From NCBI GenBank assembly GCA_045863855.1, contig BTVV01000041.1, forward strand, positions 1-47,577: DNA of 47,577 nucleotides. Reading direction: 5' to 3'. Within the stretch, counting starts at the first letter, position 1, and every line of letters begins with the position of its first letter. Origin of the DNA: Planctomycetota bacterium (GTDB lineage: Bacteria > Planctomycetota > SZUA-567 > H5-PLA8). The notes beneath the pieces were generated by a model, which ran no database searches, was not told where the DNA came from, and worked only from the letters and a program-made list of their open reading frames with translations. Positions 19,065 to 29,451 of the stretch are shown piece after piece. The position numbers were made by a program, and so were the translations under genes.

Positions 19065-21131
19065 ATGAAGCACGTGGTTGGGTGGGCCGGCTTTGAACGA
19101 GGAACCCTGACGCCCGCTTGGCGCGCGATGATGGGGTTCCTGCTCCTTTGTTCCGTCGGTTCCGCGCGCGGCGTAGAAGTCGAAGCCCCACGACCCGAAC
19201 AGCCCGCCGAGGCCACGGTTCCGGCCGCCGTGAACCTTGAAGACGACCTGACCAAGCTTACCCTCGAAGACCTCGCGGAGATGGAAGTCACTTCCGTCTC
19301 GCGCCGTCCCGGGCAAAAACTGTTTGCCGCCCCGGCCGCCATCACGGTCCTGACCCCCGAAGACATCCGGCGCACCGGCCACCTGCATCTCCCCGAATTG
19401 CTGCGGCTCGTGCCGGGCATGCACATTGGCCGTCATAATGCCCTGCGCTGGGCCGTCACGGCGCGCTGCTTCTCCGATACCTTCAATCCCGCCATGCTGG
19501 CGCAGATCGACGGACGCACGATTTACTCTCCGTTCTTCGCCGGCGTCTTCTGGATCGCCCAGGATACCGTCCTCGAAGACCTCGAACGCGTGGAAGCCAT
19601 CCGCGGTCCAGGCGCGACGCAGTGGGGGGCCAACGCCGTCAACGGAATCATCAGCTACACCACCAAATCGGCCAAGGATACCCAGGGCCTCCTGGTCTCG
19701 GGCGGCGGCGGCAACACCGAAGGCGGGTTCGGCACCGTCCGCTTCGGCGGGAAGGCCGCCGAAGACCTGCACTACCGCGTCTACGCGAAACTCCAGGAAC
19801 ACGCTTCGTTCGACACCGGCGATCCCGATTATTCCGACGATTGGCTGCGCTGGCAGACCGGCGCGCGCTTCGATTGGACGCCCCGCGACGGCGCGGACAC
19901 CGTCACGTGGCAGGGCGATGTCTACGGCGTCGAACGTGCCGGTTCCGCCTTGCGCGCGCCCAACGCCGCGGCCGGAACCGACGGCGAGGACATCGATGAC
20001 GAACACTACGGCGGCTACAACGCGCTTACTCGCTGGACCCACAAGTTCGGCGACGAGAACCAGACCCAAGTTCAGGTCTACTACGATTACTTCCAGGCCA
20101 AAGCGCCCCATAACGAAGAAGGCCGCGGCAGCGTGCTCCGCGCAGCCCACGGCACCATCGACCTCGATTTCCAGCACAGCCTTCGCCTCGATACTCGCCA
20201 GCGGCTGGTGTACGGTCTGAACTACCGCACCGTCGATCTGGAAATTCAGAACGGCTGGATCGTCGATTTCGATCCAAGCGGCAGGCGCACGCACGCCATC
20301 AGCGGGTTCGTCCAGGACACGATTACCGTGATTCCGGACAAGCTCGATTTCACCGTGGGCGCCAAGGTGGAGCACAATTCGATCAGCAACTTCGAGTACC
20401 AGCCCAGTCTCAAGGCCAACCTAGCGCCGCATAAAGATCACTTGCTCTGGGGCAGCGTCTCGCGCGCCGTGCGCGTCCCGTCGCTCTTCGAGAACGATGC
20501 GACGCTTCTGGTGGGCGTTGCCGCGCCCGGCGTACCGGTCCCTGCGTTTCCCAACCGCGCGCTGGAACCTGAAGAACTCTGGGCCTTCGAGGCCGGGTAC
20601 CGCACGTATCCGCTCTCTTGGTTCAGCCTCTATCTCGCGGCATTTCACAATCGCTACGACGATTTGATCGGTTCGCGCCTGATCTCCGCGCTGCCGCCCG
20701 CCTTCAAGCTCGTCAATAAACATCATGCGCATTCCAGCGGCGTCGAATTGACCGCCACGTTTCAACCTTTCGATCCGTGGCGCCTGACGGCCACGTACAG
20801 CCACTTGGATGCGTGGAGCACCGAGCGCGGCACCGACGACAGCGCGCCGCGGCACCAGTTCCATGTCCGCAGCTACCTCGACTTGCCGCACAACCTCGAA
20901 TTGAATGCCGCGCTGTACCACGCCGGATCGGTGCAGCGCTTCAAAATCCCCGAGTACTGGCGCGCCGATCTGGGCGTCGTGTGGCGCCCGGTCAAGGATC
21001 TCGAACTGAGCGTGTGGGGCCAGAACCTGCTGGAAGACGAACACGAAGAATTCCGAGACGACGGGATCGCGACCCGGTCTCGCGGCCGGGTGCCGCGCAG
21101 CGTCTACGCGAAGGTGGTGTGGCGATGGTAG
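19065..21131 (+). CDS. TonB-dependent receptor (YfiR-associated type), copy 2
   Basis: Same plug motifs as copy 1; C-terminal AKVVWRW. Start uncertain (19065 or about 19128). Confidence 0.92.
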   Translation: MKHVVGWAGFERGTLTPAWRAMMGFLLLCSVGSARGVEVEAPRPEQPAEATVPAAVNLEDDLTKLTLEDLAEMEVTSVSRRPGQKLFAAPAAITVLTPEDIRRTGHLHLPELLRLVPGMHIGRHNALRWAVTARCFSDTFNPAMLAQIDGRTIYSPFFAGVFWIAQDTVLEDLERVEAIRGPGATQWGANAVNGIISYTTKSAKDTQGLLVSGGGGNTEGGFGTVRFGGKAAEDLHYRVYAKLQEHASFDTGDPDYSDDWLRWQTGARFDWTPRDGADTVTWQGDVYGVERAGSALRAPNAAAGTDGEDIDDEHYGGYNALTRWTHKFGDENQTQVQVYYDYFQAKAPHNEEGRGSVLRAAHGTIDLDFQHSLRLDTRQRLVYGLNYRTVDLEIQNGWIVDFDPSGRRTHAISGFVQDTITVIPDKLDFTVGAKVEHNSISNFEYQPSLKANLAPHKDHLLWGSVSRAVRVPSLFENDATLLVGVAAPGVPVPAFPNRALEPEELWAFEAGYRTYPLSWFSLYLAAFHNRYDDLIGSRLISALPPAFKLVNKHHAHSSGVELTATFQPFDPWRLTATYSHLDAWSTERGTDDSAPRHQFHVRSYLDLPHNLELNAALYHAGSVQRFKIPEYWRADLGVVWRPVKDLELSVWGQNLLEDEHEEFRDDGIATRSRGRVPRSVYAKVVWRW

Positions 21132-21733
21132 CGAACCTCGTCATCCGCCTGCCGCGCGCGCGGCGCCCGCGCGGCCTCGTCGCCGGCGCGCTGGCCATCG
21201 CCTGCGCATGGAGCGCTCCCGTCCTGTGCAGCGAAATCGACGCCGGCAAAGCCGCTAAAGTCAAAGCCGGCTATCTCTACAACTTCATCAAGTTCGTCCA
21301 GTGGCCGGCGCGGGCCTTCGCCAACGCCAGCGCGCCCGTGCGCATCGCCATCGTCGGAAGCCCCCAGATCGCCGGGCTTTTGAAAGAAGCCGTGGTGGAC
21401 GAATCCGTGCAAGGCCGCGCGCTGGAGGTCGTGCCCCTCGAACGGCTGGAAGAAGACGCAGCCGCGCAGTTGTCGAGATTCCACCTCGTCTTCGTTTCTC
21501 AGGACAGCCGAGTGTCCCAGGATGCCGCGATCCAGAGCCTTAAGGAAAAGCCCGTGCTGACCGTCTCCGACGGCGACCGGTTCGCGCGGCGCGGCGGAAT
21601 GATCGAGTTGTTCCTTAAGGAGACGCGCATCGCCATGCGCGTAAACCCGAAAGCCGCGGAAAACTCCAGCCTGGAGATCAGCTCCAAGCTGCTTCGCTTG
21701 GCGGAAATCGTCGAATCGGAAAAGAAAGATTAG
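21125..21733 (+). CDS. YfiR family (DUF4154) periplasmic protein
   Basis: KVKAGYLYNFIKFVQWP, PVLTVSD..FARRGGMIEL, ISSKLLRLA. Signal peptide; overlaps the receptor 2 stop. Confidence 0.9.
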   Translation: MVANLVIRLPRARRPRGLVAGALAIACAWSAPVLCSEIDAGKAAKVKAGYLYNFIKFVQWPARAFANASAPVRIAIVGSPQIAGLLKEAVVDESVQGRALEVVPLERLEEDAAAQLSRFHLVFVSQDSRVSQDAAIQSLKEKPVLTVSDGDRFARRGGMIELFLKETRIAMRVNPKAAENSSLEISSKLLRLAEIVESEKKD

Positions 21734-21793
21734 CCCGGACGGCCCGGGGCAGCGCCCTGGGCCCCATTCGCACCAGGGGGAGGGGGCTGCCGC

Positions 21794-24667
21794 ATGCGCG
21801 TGCCGGGCTTCGGCGATCTGGCCTTCCGCACCAAGCTGCTCCTGACCAGCCTCCTGGTCAGCGGCATCGCCCTCGCCATGGCCTTCGCCGGACTCTTCTC
21901 GTACGACATCGCCACCTTCAGCGCACAGGAAGTCGATGAAGCGCGCACTCAGGCCGCGATCCTGGCTCGTAACACCACCGCCGCCCTGAGCTTCGATGCG
22001 CGGCAGGACGCCGAGGACGTCCTCGCGGCGCTCGAGGCGAATCCGCATTTCGTCGAGGCACGGCTGTTCGATAAATCCGGCGCCTTCTTCACCGGTTTCG
22101 AGCGCGGCGGAGCCCAGACCGAGGCGGGCGGACTGCAGGTCCATGCTTGGGCCGCGAACAGCGACTTCAGGTTTTCCGACGAGTACATCGAGGTCGTCTG
22201 CCCGGTTCTGCTCGACGGCCAGCGCATCGGTACCGTTTATCTGAAAAACGATCTCACGGAGATGGACGAGCGCAAAGAACGATACGTCGCGATCATGAGC
22301 GGCGTGGCGGTCGCCGCGCTGCTCGTGGCGTTCTTCGTTTCCGCGCTCATGCAGCGCATGTTGACCCGCCCGGTCATGGAACTGGTCCAGACCGCCAACC
22401 GCGTTTCCGCCGATAAGGCCTATTTCGCGCGCGCCAAAAAACTGTCCGGCGACGAACTGGGCACCCTCACCGACGCCTTCAACGAAATGCTCGATCAGAT
22501 TCAGACCCGCGACGCGGCCCTGCAGGAAGCGCGCGACAGCCTGGAACGCCGCGTCGTTGAACGCACCAAGGACTTGACCGAAGCCAACGCGCTGCTGACC
22601 CGCGAGATCGAAGGCCGCCGGCGTTTCGAAGACGCTCTGCGCCGAAGCGAAGAACGCTTCCGCTCGCTGATCGAAACCGCCGCCGTCGTCATCGTCGTGC
22701 TCGACGAACGCTTCGGCATTCTGGAATGGAACCTCGAAGCCGAACGCACGCTCGGCCTGTCCCGCGAATCCGCGCTCGGCGCCGATTTCCTCGCCAGCTT
22801 CGTCCCCGTCCCCGAGCGGCCGCGCTTCGAAGCCGAACTGCGCAAAGTCCTCGGCGGCCAGTCTTCGCGCGGCTACGAGTACGCCGTCGAAACCACCGAA
22901 AACCGCGGCCGAACGCTGCTCTGGAACATCACGCACCTACCCGGATCCAACGACCATCCCGCCGGTCTGCTCGCGTGCGCGCAGGACATCACCGAACGCA
23001 AGAAGTCCGAACTGGAACTTAAAAACGCGCTGCAGCGAGCCGAAGAAGCCAACCAGGCCAAGAGCGAATTCTTGGCCAACATGAGCCACGAAATCCGCAC
23101 GCCGATGAACGGTGTACTCGGCATGCTCAGCCTGCTTCAGGACTCCACGCTCACGCCCGAACAACGCGACTACGCCCACACCGCCGAACAGTCAGGACAG
23201 GCGCTGCTCACCGTCATCAACGACATCCTGGACTTCAGCAAGATCGAGGCCGGCCGGCTCGACATCGAACCCGTCCCGTTCAATCTGCAAGTCGCGATGG
23301 AAGAAGTCCTGGACCTGATGATCCCGAAGGCCCACGAGAAGAAACTGGAACTGATCCTGCGCTTCGCGCCGGGCACGCCGATCGGAACCGTGGGCGACCC
23401 CGGGCGTATCCGCCAGATCGTCCTGAACCTGCTCGGCAACGCGATCAAGTTCACGCATTCCGGATCGATCCTGCTCGACGTCGAAGGCCGTGCCCTGGAT
23501 AACGGGAAAGCCCAAGTTCGCATCGCCGTGCAGGATTCCGGCATCGGCATTCCAGAAGATAAACTCGACACCATCTTCGAGAAGTTCACCCAAGTCGACG
23601 CCTCCACCACACGGCACTACGGAGGCACCGGCCTGGGCTTGACCATCTGCAATCGGCTCGTCGAACTGATGAACGGGCGCATCGGCGTAGAAAGCACCCT
23701 CGGCAAAGGCAGCACCTTTTGGTTCGAACTCACCCTGCCCATGGCCGCCGAAGAAGAACCTCCGGCCATCGATCCTTCCGAACTCCACGGCCTGCGCGTG
23801 CTGATCGTCGACGATCAGCCCACCAACCGCCGCGTCCTCGCCGAACGCCTGCGCTCCTGGCACATGCAGCCTTCGGAGGCCGATTCCGCGGAAGCTGGCC
23901 TGCGTGCCGCGCAACAAGCCCTCGATGCCGGCCAGCCCTTTCAATTGGCGCTGGTGGATTACCAGATGCCCGTCATGGACGGCGAAGGGTTCGCCCGCGC
24001 CGTCCGGTCCCAAGCCCGGTTCGAATCGCTCCTCTTGGTGGCCCTCTCGTCGTCCTCGCTTCGGGGCGACGCCCAGCGCATGAAAAACGCCGGGTTTGCC
24101 GCGTTCTTGCTCAAGCCCGTCCGGCCCAGCCTGCTCCTGGATACGCTCGTCCTGGCCTGGCAGCAGCGCCGCCCCCTACCCTCCGACTCGCTCATCACGA
24201 GCCGTACCGTCCGCGAATCGAAGCCCCACCGCGGCGGAACCGCCATCCTGCCGGCCGCGGCCGCCGCTTCGGCTTCCGGACCCGGATTGCGCGTGCTGGT
24301 CGCCGAGGACAACGCGGTCAACCAGAAAGTAGCGCGGCGCTTCCTCGAAAACATGGGCTGCCGCGTCGATATTGCCGCCAACGGCCGTGAAGCGCTCGAG
24401 ATGCTCTCGAAGTCCAGCTTCGACCTCGTCTTCATGGACTGCCAGATGCCCGAACTGGACGGCTATGCCGCCACCCGGGAAATCCGCGCCCGCGAAGGCG
24501 TGTCCGGCGGCCATCAGGTCATCATCGCCATGACCGCCCACGCCATGCAGGGCGACCGCGAACAGTGCCTCGCCGCGGGCATGGACGATTATTTGGCCAA
24601 GCCCGTTAACCCCAAGACGATGGCCGAGTTGCTGGAACGCTGGCGGCCCGGCCGGCGCAAGACCTAA
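21794..24667 (+). CDS. Hybrid sensor histidine kinase (TM-CHASE8-TM-HAMP-PAS-HisKA-HATPase-REC-REC)
   Basis: [11 protein letters not shown] (CHASE8-like), [14 protein letters not shown] (HAMP), [32 protein letters not shown], and two receivers (VDYQMP, MDCQMP). Confidence 0.93.
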   Translation: MRVPGFGDLAFRTKLLLTSLLVSGIALAMAFAGLFSYDIATFSAQEVDEARTQAAILARNTTAALSFDARQDAEDVLAALEANPHFVEARLFDKSGAFFTGFERGGAQTEAGGLQVHAWAANSDFRFSDEYIEVVCPVLLDGQRIGTVYLKNDLTEMDERKERYVAIMSGVAVAALLVAFFVSALMQRMLTRPVMELVQTANRVSADKAYFARAKKLSGDELGTLTDAFNEMLDQIQTRDAALQEARDSLERRVVERTKDLTEANALLTREIEGRRRFEDALRRSEERFRSLIETAAVVIVVLDERFGILEWNLEAERTLGLSRESALGADFLASFVPVPERPRFEAELRKVLGGQSSRGYEYAVETTENRGRTLLWNITHLPGSNDHPAGLLACAQDITERKKSELELKNALQRAEEANQAKSEFLANMSHEIRTPMNGVLGMLSLLQDSTLTPEQRDYAHTAEQSGQALLTVINDILDFSKIEAGRLDIEPVPFNLQVAMEEVLDLMIPKAHEKKLELILRFAPGTPIGTVGDPGRIRQIVLNLLGNAIKFTHSGSILLDVEGRALDNGKAQVRIAVQDSGIGIPEDKLDTIFEKFTQVDASTTRHYGGTGLGLTICNRLVELMNGRIGVESTLGKGSTFWFELTLPMAAEEEPPAIDPSELHGLRVLIVDDQPTNRRVLAERLRSWHMQPSEADSAEAGLRAAQQALDAGQPFQLALVDYQMPVMDGEGFARAVRSQARFESLLLVALSSSSLRGDAQRMKNAGFAAFLLKPVRPSLLLDTLVLAWQQRRPLPSDSLITSRTVRESKPHRGGTAILPAAAAASASGPGLRVLVAEDNAVNQKVARRFLENMGCRVDIAANGREALEMLSKSSFDLVFMDCQMPELDGYAATREIRAREGVSGGHQVIIAMTAHAMQGDREQCLAAGMDDYLAKPVNPKTMAELLERWRPGRRKT

Positions 24668-24677
24668 CAACGCCGCC

Positions 24678-24718
24678 TTGCGCCGCGAAGGCCTTTAGAG
24701 GTATAGTGGCTTAGCCAC
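24678..24718 (+). promoter_or_regulatory. Candidate promoter with overlapping palindromic operator upstream of gntR
   Basis: TTGCGC-N18-TATAGT (24678-24707) overlapped by the perfect palindrome GTGGCT-T-AGCCAC (24706-24718). Confidence 0.5.
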
Positions 24719-24748
24719 CTGCTGGCTTGGCCGAGGAACGCGAACCCC

Positions 24749-25555
24749 GTGCTCGTCAAAGACCCCATCTACCGGCAACTCCACGACGAACTCTGCGGGC
24801 TCCTCCGCACCGGCGGCTTCCCGCCCGGCGCGCGCTTCCTCACCGAACGCGAAGTCGGCGCGCGCTTCGCCGTTAGCCGCGCCACCGCCAACAAAGCCCT
24901 CGCCGGACTGGTCAGCGAAGGGCTGCTCGAATTTCGCAAAGGCGTCGGAACCTTCGTCGCCGCCGCGCCGCTGGGCTACGATCTGCGCGCGCTGGCCAGC
25001 TTCACCGGCAAGTGCCGTGACGCCGGCCGCACGCCGGCCACCAAAGTGCTGCGCTTCGCCAAGCTCCGCGCTCGGCGCGCGCCGGCCGAAGTCCGCGAGG
25101 CTCTGCGCGCCGAAGCGGACGATCCGCTCTGCTTCGTCGAACGCCTGCGGCTGGCCGACCGCGAACCGGTCATCCTGGAACGCCGCTACATCGCCGCGCG
25201 GCATTGCCTGAACTTGACCCGCGCCGATTGCGCGGGCTCGCTCTACGCGCTCTGGGCCGAACGCTACCGGCTGCAAATCGCCGGCGCCGAACAGTCCATC
25301 CGCGCGGTGGACCTTTCCGCGCACGAGGCCCGCCGTCTCCGCGTGCGGCCCGGGCGCGCGGGCCTGCTCACGATCGCCACCGGATTCCTGGCCGACGGCG
25401 CGCCGCTGTGGTGGGAGTGGACGCTCTACCGCGCCGACGCGTACGAATTCCAGAATCGCCTCGGCGGCTTGCGCGACATGCATCCGGCCGTGGGTCATTT
25501 CATGCCGGTGCGCGGCGCCGCCCTCCCCGCGCCCGCCGGTCAAGGAGGTGCTTGA
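24749..25555 (+). CDS. GntR family regulator, HutC/UTRA subfamily
   Basis: [37 protein letters not shown], then UTRA-like LASFT..ERLRLAD.EP..LE..Y. Confidence 0.93.
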   Translation: MLVKDPIYRQLHDELCGLLRTGGFPPGARFLTEREVGARFAVSRATANKALAGLVSEGLLEFRKGVGTFVAAAPLGYDLRALASFTGKCRDAGRTPATKVLRFAKLRARRAPAEVREALRAEADDPLCFVERLRLADREPVILERRYIAARHCLNLTRADCAGSLYALWAERYRLQIAGAEQSIRAVDLSAHEARRLRVRPGRAGLLTIATGFLADGAPLWWEWTLYRADAYEFQNRLGGLRDMHPAVGHFMPVRGAALPAPAGQGGA

Positions 25556-26712
25556 TGGAGCGCATCGGTGCAGCCATGGTCGGCACGGGCTTCATGGGCC
25601 GCGTGCATGTCGAAGCGCTGCGCCGAGCGGGCGTGGATGTCCGCGGCATCCTGGGCAGCTCGCCCGATAAATCCCGCGCCGCCGCCAAACAGCTCGGCCT
25701 GCCGCGCGCCTATGTTTCGCTCGACGAACTCCTCGCCGACCGCGAGGTCCACTCCGTCCACATCGGCACGCCCAACAAGCTCCACGCCGCGCAAGTCCGA
25801 GCGGCGCTGGCCGCCGGGAAGCACGTGCTCTGCGAAAAGCCGCTCGCGCTCACCTCGGCCGAATCGGCGGACCTCGTGGCGTTGGCGCGCAAGCATCCGC
25901 GGCAGGCCGCAGGCGTGAACTACAACATGCGCTATTACCCGCTCTGCCTCGAAGCCCGCGCGCGCGTGCGCGGCGGGCAAATCGGGCGCGTCTTCCACAT
26001 CGCGGGCAGCTACGTCCAGGATTGGCTCCTGCGCGAAACCGATTACAACTGGCGCGTCCTCGAAGCCGAGGGCGGCGCGCTTCGCGCCGTGGCCGACATC
26101 GGCACACACTGGCTCGATCTCGTCCACGCCATCACCGGCCTTGAAGTCGAAGCGCTCTGCGCCGACCTCCACACCGTCCACCCCGTGCGCAAGCGGCCCA
26201 AGGGCGAGGTCGAAACCTTCAAGCGCGAACAAGCCGCCGAGACCGAACCAGTGGCCATCGGGACCGAAGACTACGGCGCCGTGCTGCTGCGCTTCGCCGG
26301 CGGCGCGCGCGGCACGCTCTGGGTCAGCCAAGTCACCGCCGGGCGCAAGAACGCCCTGCGCCTCGAAGTCGCCGGCGAACGCCGCGCGTTGAGCTGGGAA
26401 AGCGAACGTCCCAACGAGCTCTGGCTCGGCGCGCGCGACGAACCCAACGCCTTGCTGCTGAAGGATCCTTCGCTGCTCAGTCCCCTCGCCGCGCGCTCGG
26501 CCGAACAGCCCGGCGGGCACAACGAAGGCTACGCCGACACGTTCAAGCAGCTCTTTCGCGACTTCTACGGCTACATCGCGGCGGGCGATTTCAGCGCGCC
26601 GCCGCCGTTCCCCACCTTCGCCGACGGCCACCGCGAGATGCGCCTCTGCGATGCGATCCTCGCCAGCCACCGAAAGGGCGGCTGGGTTTCACTCAATGGA
26701 GGCGAAGCATGA
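25555..26712 (+). CDS. Gfo/Idh/MocA family NAD(P)-dependent oxidoreductase
   Basis: [37 protein letters not shown] coupling to gntR. Confidence 0.93.
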   Translation: MERIGAAMVGTGFMGRVHVEALRRAGVDVRGILGSSPDKSRAAAKQLGLPRAYVSLDELLADREVHSVHIGTPNKLHAAQVRAALAAGKHVLCEKPLALTSAESADLVALARKHPRQAAGVNYNMRYYPLCLEARARVRGGQIGRVFHIAGSYVQDWLLRETDYNWRVLEAEGGALRAVADIGTHWLDLVHAITGLEVEALCADLHTVHPVRKRPKGEVETFKREQAAETEPVAIGTEDYGAVLLRFAGGARGTLWVSQVTAGRKNALRLEVAGERRALSWESERPNELWLGARDEPNALLLKDPSLLSPLAARSAEQPGGHNEGYADTFKQLFRDFYGYIAAGDFSAPPPFPTFADGHREMRLCDAILASHRKGGWVSLNGGEA

Positions 26713-27629
26713 AGCTCGGATTCGTCAGCGCCATCCTGCCCGACTTGTCGCTCGAGGAAGTCTTCGCTTTCGCGGCGGCCGAAGGTTTCGCGTGCGTCGA
26801 ATTGATGTGCTGGCCCAAGGGCAAGGCCGAACGCCGCTACGCGGGCGTCACGCATCTCGACGTTGCCGGCTTCACCAAGCAGGACGCCGCGCGCGTGAAC
26901 AAGCTGGCCGCGAAGCACGGCGTCGCCATCAGCGGTTTGGGCTATTACCCCAACCCGCTAGCGCCGGACACGAAGGAAGCCGCCGTCTACGTCGCGCACA
27001 TCCAAAAGGTGATCGAAGCCTCGGCTCTGCTGGGCGTGAATGTGACCAATACGTTTGTCGGCCGCGACTGGACGAAGTCCGTCGACGCCAACTGGCCGCG
27101 CTTTCTCAAGACTTGGAATCCCCTCGTGAAGTTCGCCCGGGACTGCGGCGTGAAAATCGGCATCGAGAACTGCCCGATGCTCTTCACCTCCGACGAATGG
27201 CCCGGCGGCAAGAACCTCGCCACCTCGCCCAAGATCTGGCGGCGCATGTTCGAAGATATTCCCAGCCCGAGTTTCGGGCTCAATTACGATCCCTCGCACC
27301 TCGCCTGGCAGCAGATGGACTACCTGAAGCCCCTGGTCGAATTCCGCGAGCGCCTCGTTCACGTGCACGCCAAGGATGTCCGCATCGACCGCGCGAAGCT
27401 CGACGACGCCGGGATCCTCGCCACGCCGCTGGAGTACCATTGCCCCAAGCTCCCCGGCTTGGGCGAAATCGCCTGGGGACGCTTCTGCTCGGTCCTGGGC
27501 GACGCCGGATACGCCGGTCCCGTCTGCATCGAAGTCGAAGACCGAGCCTACGAGAAATCCGTCGAGACCCGCAAGCAGGCGCTGCGCCAGAGCGGCCGGT
27601 ACCTGCGCAATTTCCTGGCCGATTGTTAA
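26709..27629 (+). CDS. Sugar phosphate isomerase/epimerase (xylose-isomerase-like TIM barrel)
   Basis: [35 protein letters not shown] metal-ligand pattern. Confidence 0.9.
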   Translation: MKLGFVSAILPDLSLEEVFAFAAAEGFACVELMCWPKGKAERRYAGVTHLDVAGFTKQDAARVNKLAAKHGVAISGLGYYPNPLAPDTKEAAVYVAHIQKVIEASALLGVNVTNTFVGRDWTKSVDANWPRFLKTWNPLVKFARDCGVKIGIENCPMLFTSDEWPGGKNLATSPKIWRRMFEDIPSPSFGLNYDPSHLAWQQMDYLKPLVEFRERLVHVHAKDVRIDRAKLDDAGILATPLEYHCPKLPGLGEIAWGRFCSVLGDAGYAGPVCIEVEDRAYEKSVETRKQALRQSGRYLRNFLADC

Positions 27630-27661
27630 CCGAAAAAAAGCGCACTCAAAGGAGACCTGTC

Positions 27662-28348
27662 ATGCAATTCACCTACGCCGATGTCGCTAAAATGATCGAC
27701 CACTCGCTGCTCAATCCGATTTTTACCGACCGCGAACTGGAAGCCGGCAGCCGGCTTGCGCTGGAATACGACGTCGCGAGCGTCTGCATCCTTCCCTACG
27801 CGCTGCGCCGCTGTGCCGAGATTCTGCGCGGCAGCACGGTGAAGGCTAGCACCACCATCGGCTTCCCGCACGGCGGGCACACCACGGCCGTAAAAGCCGC
27901 CGAAACCGAACGCGCCCTTAAGGATGGCGGCGAAGAGCTGGATATGGTCGTCAACATTTCCAAGGTGCTGAGCGGCGATTGGGCGTACGTCAGCGACGAC
28001 CTGCGCGCGGTCATCGAACCCACCCACGCGGCGGGGCAGAAAGTAAAAGTTATTTTCGAGAACTGCTACCTCCAGGATGATCATAAAATCCGGCTCTGCG
28101 AAATCTGCGCCGAATTGGGCGCCGATTGGGTCAAGACCTCGACGGGCTACGGCAGCGGGGGCGCGACCGACGCCGATCTGGTGCTGATGCGCAAGCACAG
28201 CCCCGCCCGCGTGCAGGTCAAAGCCGCCGGCGGCGTACGGACGCTCGACCGGCTGCTGGAAGTCCGCGCCTTGGGCGTCACGCGGGCAGGCACGAGCAAG
28301 ACCGCCGAGATCCTCGACGAAGCGCGCAAGCGCTTAGGCTTAGTTTGA
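27662..28348 (+). CDS. deoC: Deoxyribose-phosphate aldolase (DERA) family
   Basis: IDHSLL, TIGFPHG, ELDMVVN, KVIFE, WVKTSTGY, VKAAGGVRT. AAGGAG RBS. Confidence 0.92.
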   Translation: MQFTYADVAKMIDHSLLNPIFTDRELEAGSRLALEYDVASVCILPYALRRCAEILRGSTVKASTTIGFPHGGHTTAVKAAETERALKDGGEELDMVVNISKVLSGDWAYVSDDLRAVIEPTHAAGQKVKVIFENCYLQDDHKIRLCEICAELGADWVKTSTGYGSGGATDADLVLMRKHSPARVQVKAAGGVRTLDRLLEVRALGVTRAGTSKTAEILDEARKRLGLV

Positions 28349-28385
28349 TCGATCCGCCAGCGTGTTAATCAATGCCTCGGCAAAC

Positions 28386-29240
28386 CTAGGCATTATATTG
28401 TAATCGCTTAAGACCCTCGCTTGGAGTAGCGCTGTATAGAGATGCACTACACCAGTGGACCAATAGTAGGTCGTATCGAATTAGGAATTTGGTGATGCTA
28501 GCAAGGTCTGTTGCCGTGATTCCAGACGATGGATATCGTGCAATGCAAACCTCCAACAGTTTCTTGTCCTGCTCCCTGCCGTATAAGGCGAGGCCTCCCT
28601 TTGTCTCGTAGGCGTAGGAATCTTGAACCAATAACTGCGTGTCTTGCGCATTAGGATTCTGGAAATAAGCAAGACCATCATACTCCTTAGCATACGGTGA
28701 AAAATCCATCAAATGCGTTCTGTTCAAATCCACCGAAAGCAGTGGATAAGGAAGGTCTACTCGCAGCAGCATTCTTTTCCAGGGTCCCTTAGGCTCAGCC
28801 CTTAGAATTTCCCCCATCATTCTCAAATTCCTATCTACAGTTTTCTCATAGGTACTAGATATGAACTCAAAATCTCGCCACGAATCCTCCATTATCTCCA
28901 ATACATCTTTTCCCTTCGCACATTTGAATTGATCAAGGCTTCCAACTGAATTATTAATCGATGGAATCGAGAAATGAATAAAACCATGTTGTGACATCAC
29001 GCCGTTTACGATTCTGGACTCGTTTTTCGTCAGGAAAAGCTTGAGCGTGCGCGCCTTCTTAATCTCCTCGATCTCTTTGGGTTCTGCGCGCATTACCTTC
29101 CAGCTAAATCCTTCTAAATCCATATCCGTTTCAAGCTCAAAGGTTGCAGGAAGATAGATATGTGGAATCACTTGCCTTGAAATCTCAAAGCCTGTTGTGA
29201 AATCCAGAAATGAAACTTGTATGTCTACTGAGTCACTCAT
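28386..29240 (-). CDS. Hypothetical protein in a low-GC islet
   Basis: 284-codon ORF in an AT-rich stretch (about 28350-29440), where a chance ORF of this length is unlikely. No family recognised. Confidence 0.7.
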   Translation of the reverse strand: MSDSVDIQVSFLDFTTGFEISRQVIPHIYLPATFELETDMDLEGFSWKVMRAEPKEIEEIKKARTLKLFLTKNESRIVNGVMSQHGFIHFSIPSINNSVGSLDQFKCAKGKDVLEIMEDSWRDFEFISSTYEKTVDRNLRMMGEILRAEPKGPWKRMLLRVDLPYPLLSVDLNRTHLMDFSPYAKEYDGLAYFQNPNAQDTQLLVQDSYAYETKGGLALYGREQDKKLLEVCIARYPSSGITATDLASITKFLIRYDLLLVHWCSASLYSATPSEGLKRLQYNA

Positions 29241-29451
29241 TATTTGTATCCTTTCAGGGCTCTTGAGATTGATCTTCTACACTTGTACCAAATTGTATTA
29301 ATCTCAAGGCCAACGGCAGTATCAGCCGAGCGCGATTCCCACACAATTGAACCATTTTATGTGGGGTATATAGGCAAATCTACTTGGCTAAAAGCAGATT
29401 CTTTTGGTAGTTAACTATGCTTTAGCCTTACACGCTTGGGAGACTTCTGCC

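Noticed and set aside
17330..19620. Near-identical DNA in the two TBDR genes as a template/variable repeat or assembly artefact
   Set aside because: Differences are mostly third-position and not adenine-specific, and the flanks diverge, consistent with ordinary paralogy.
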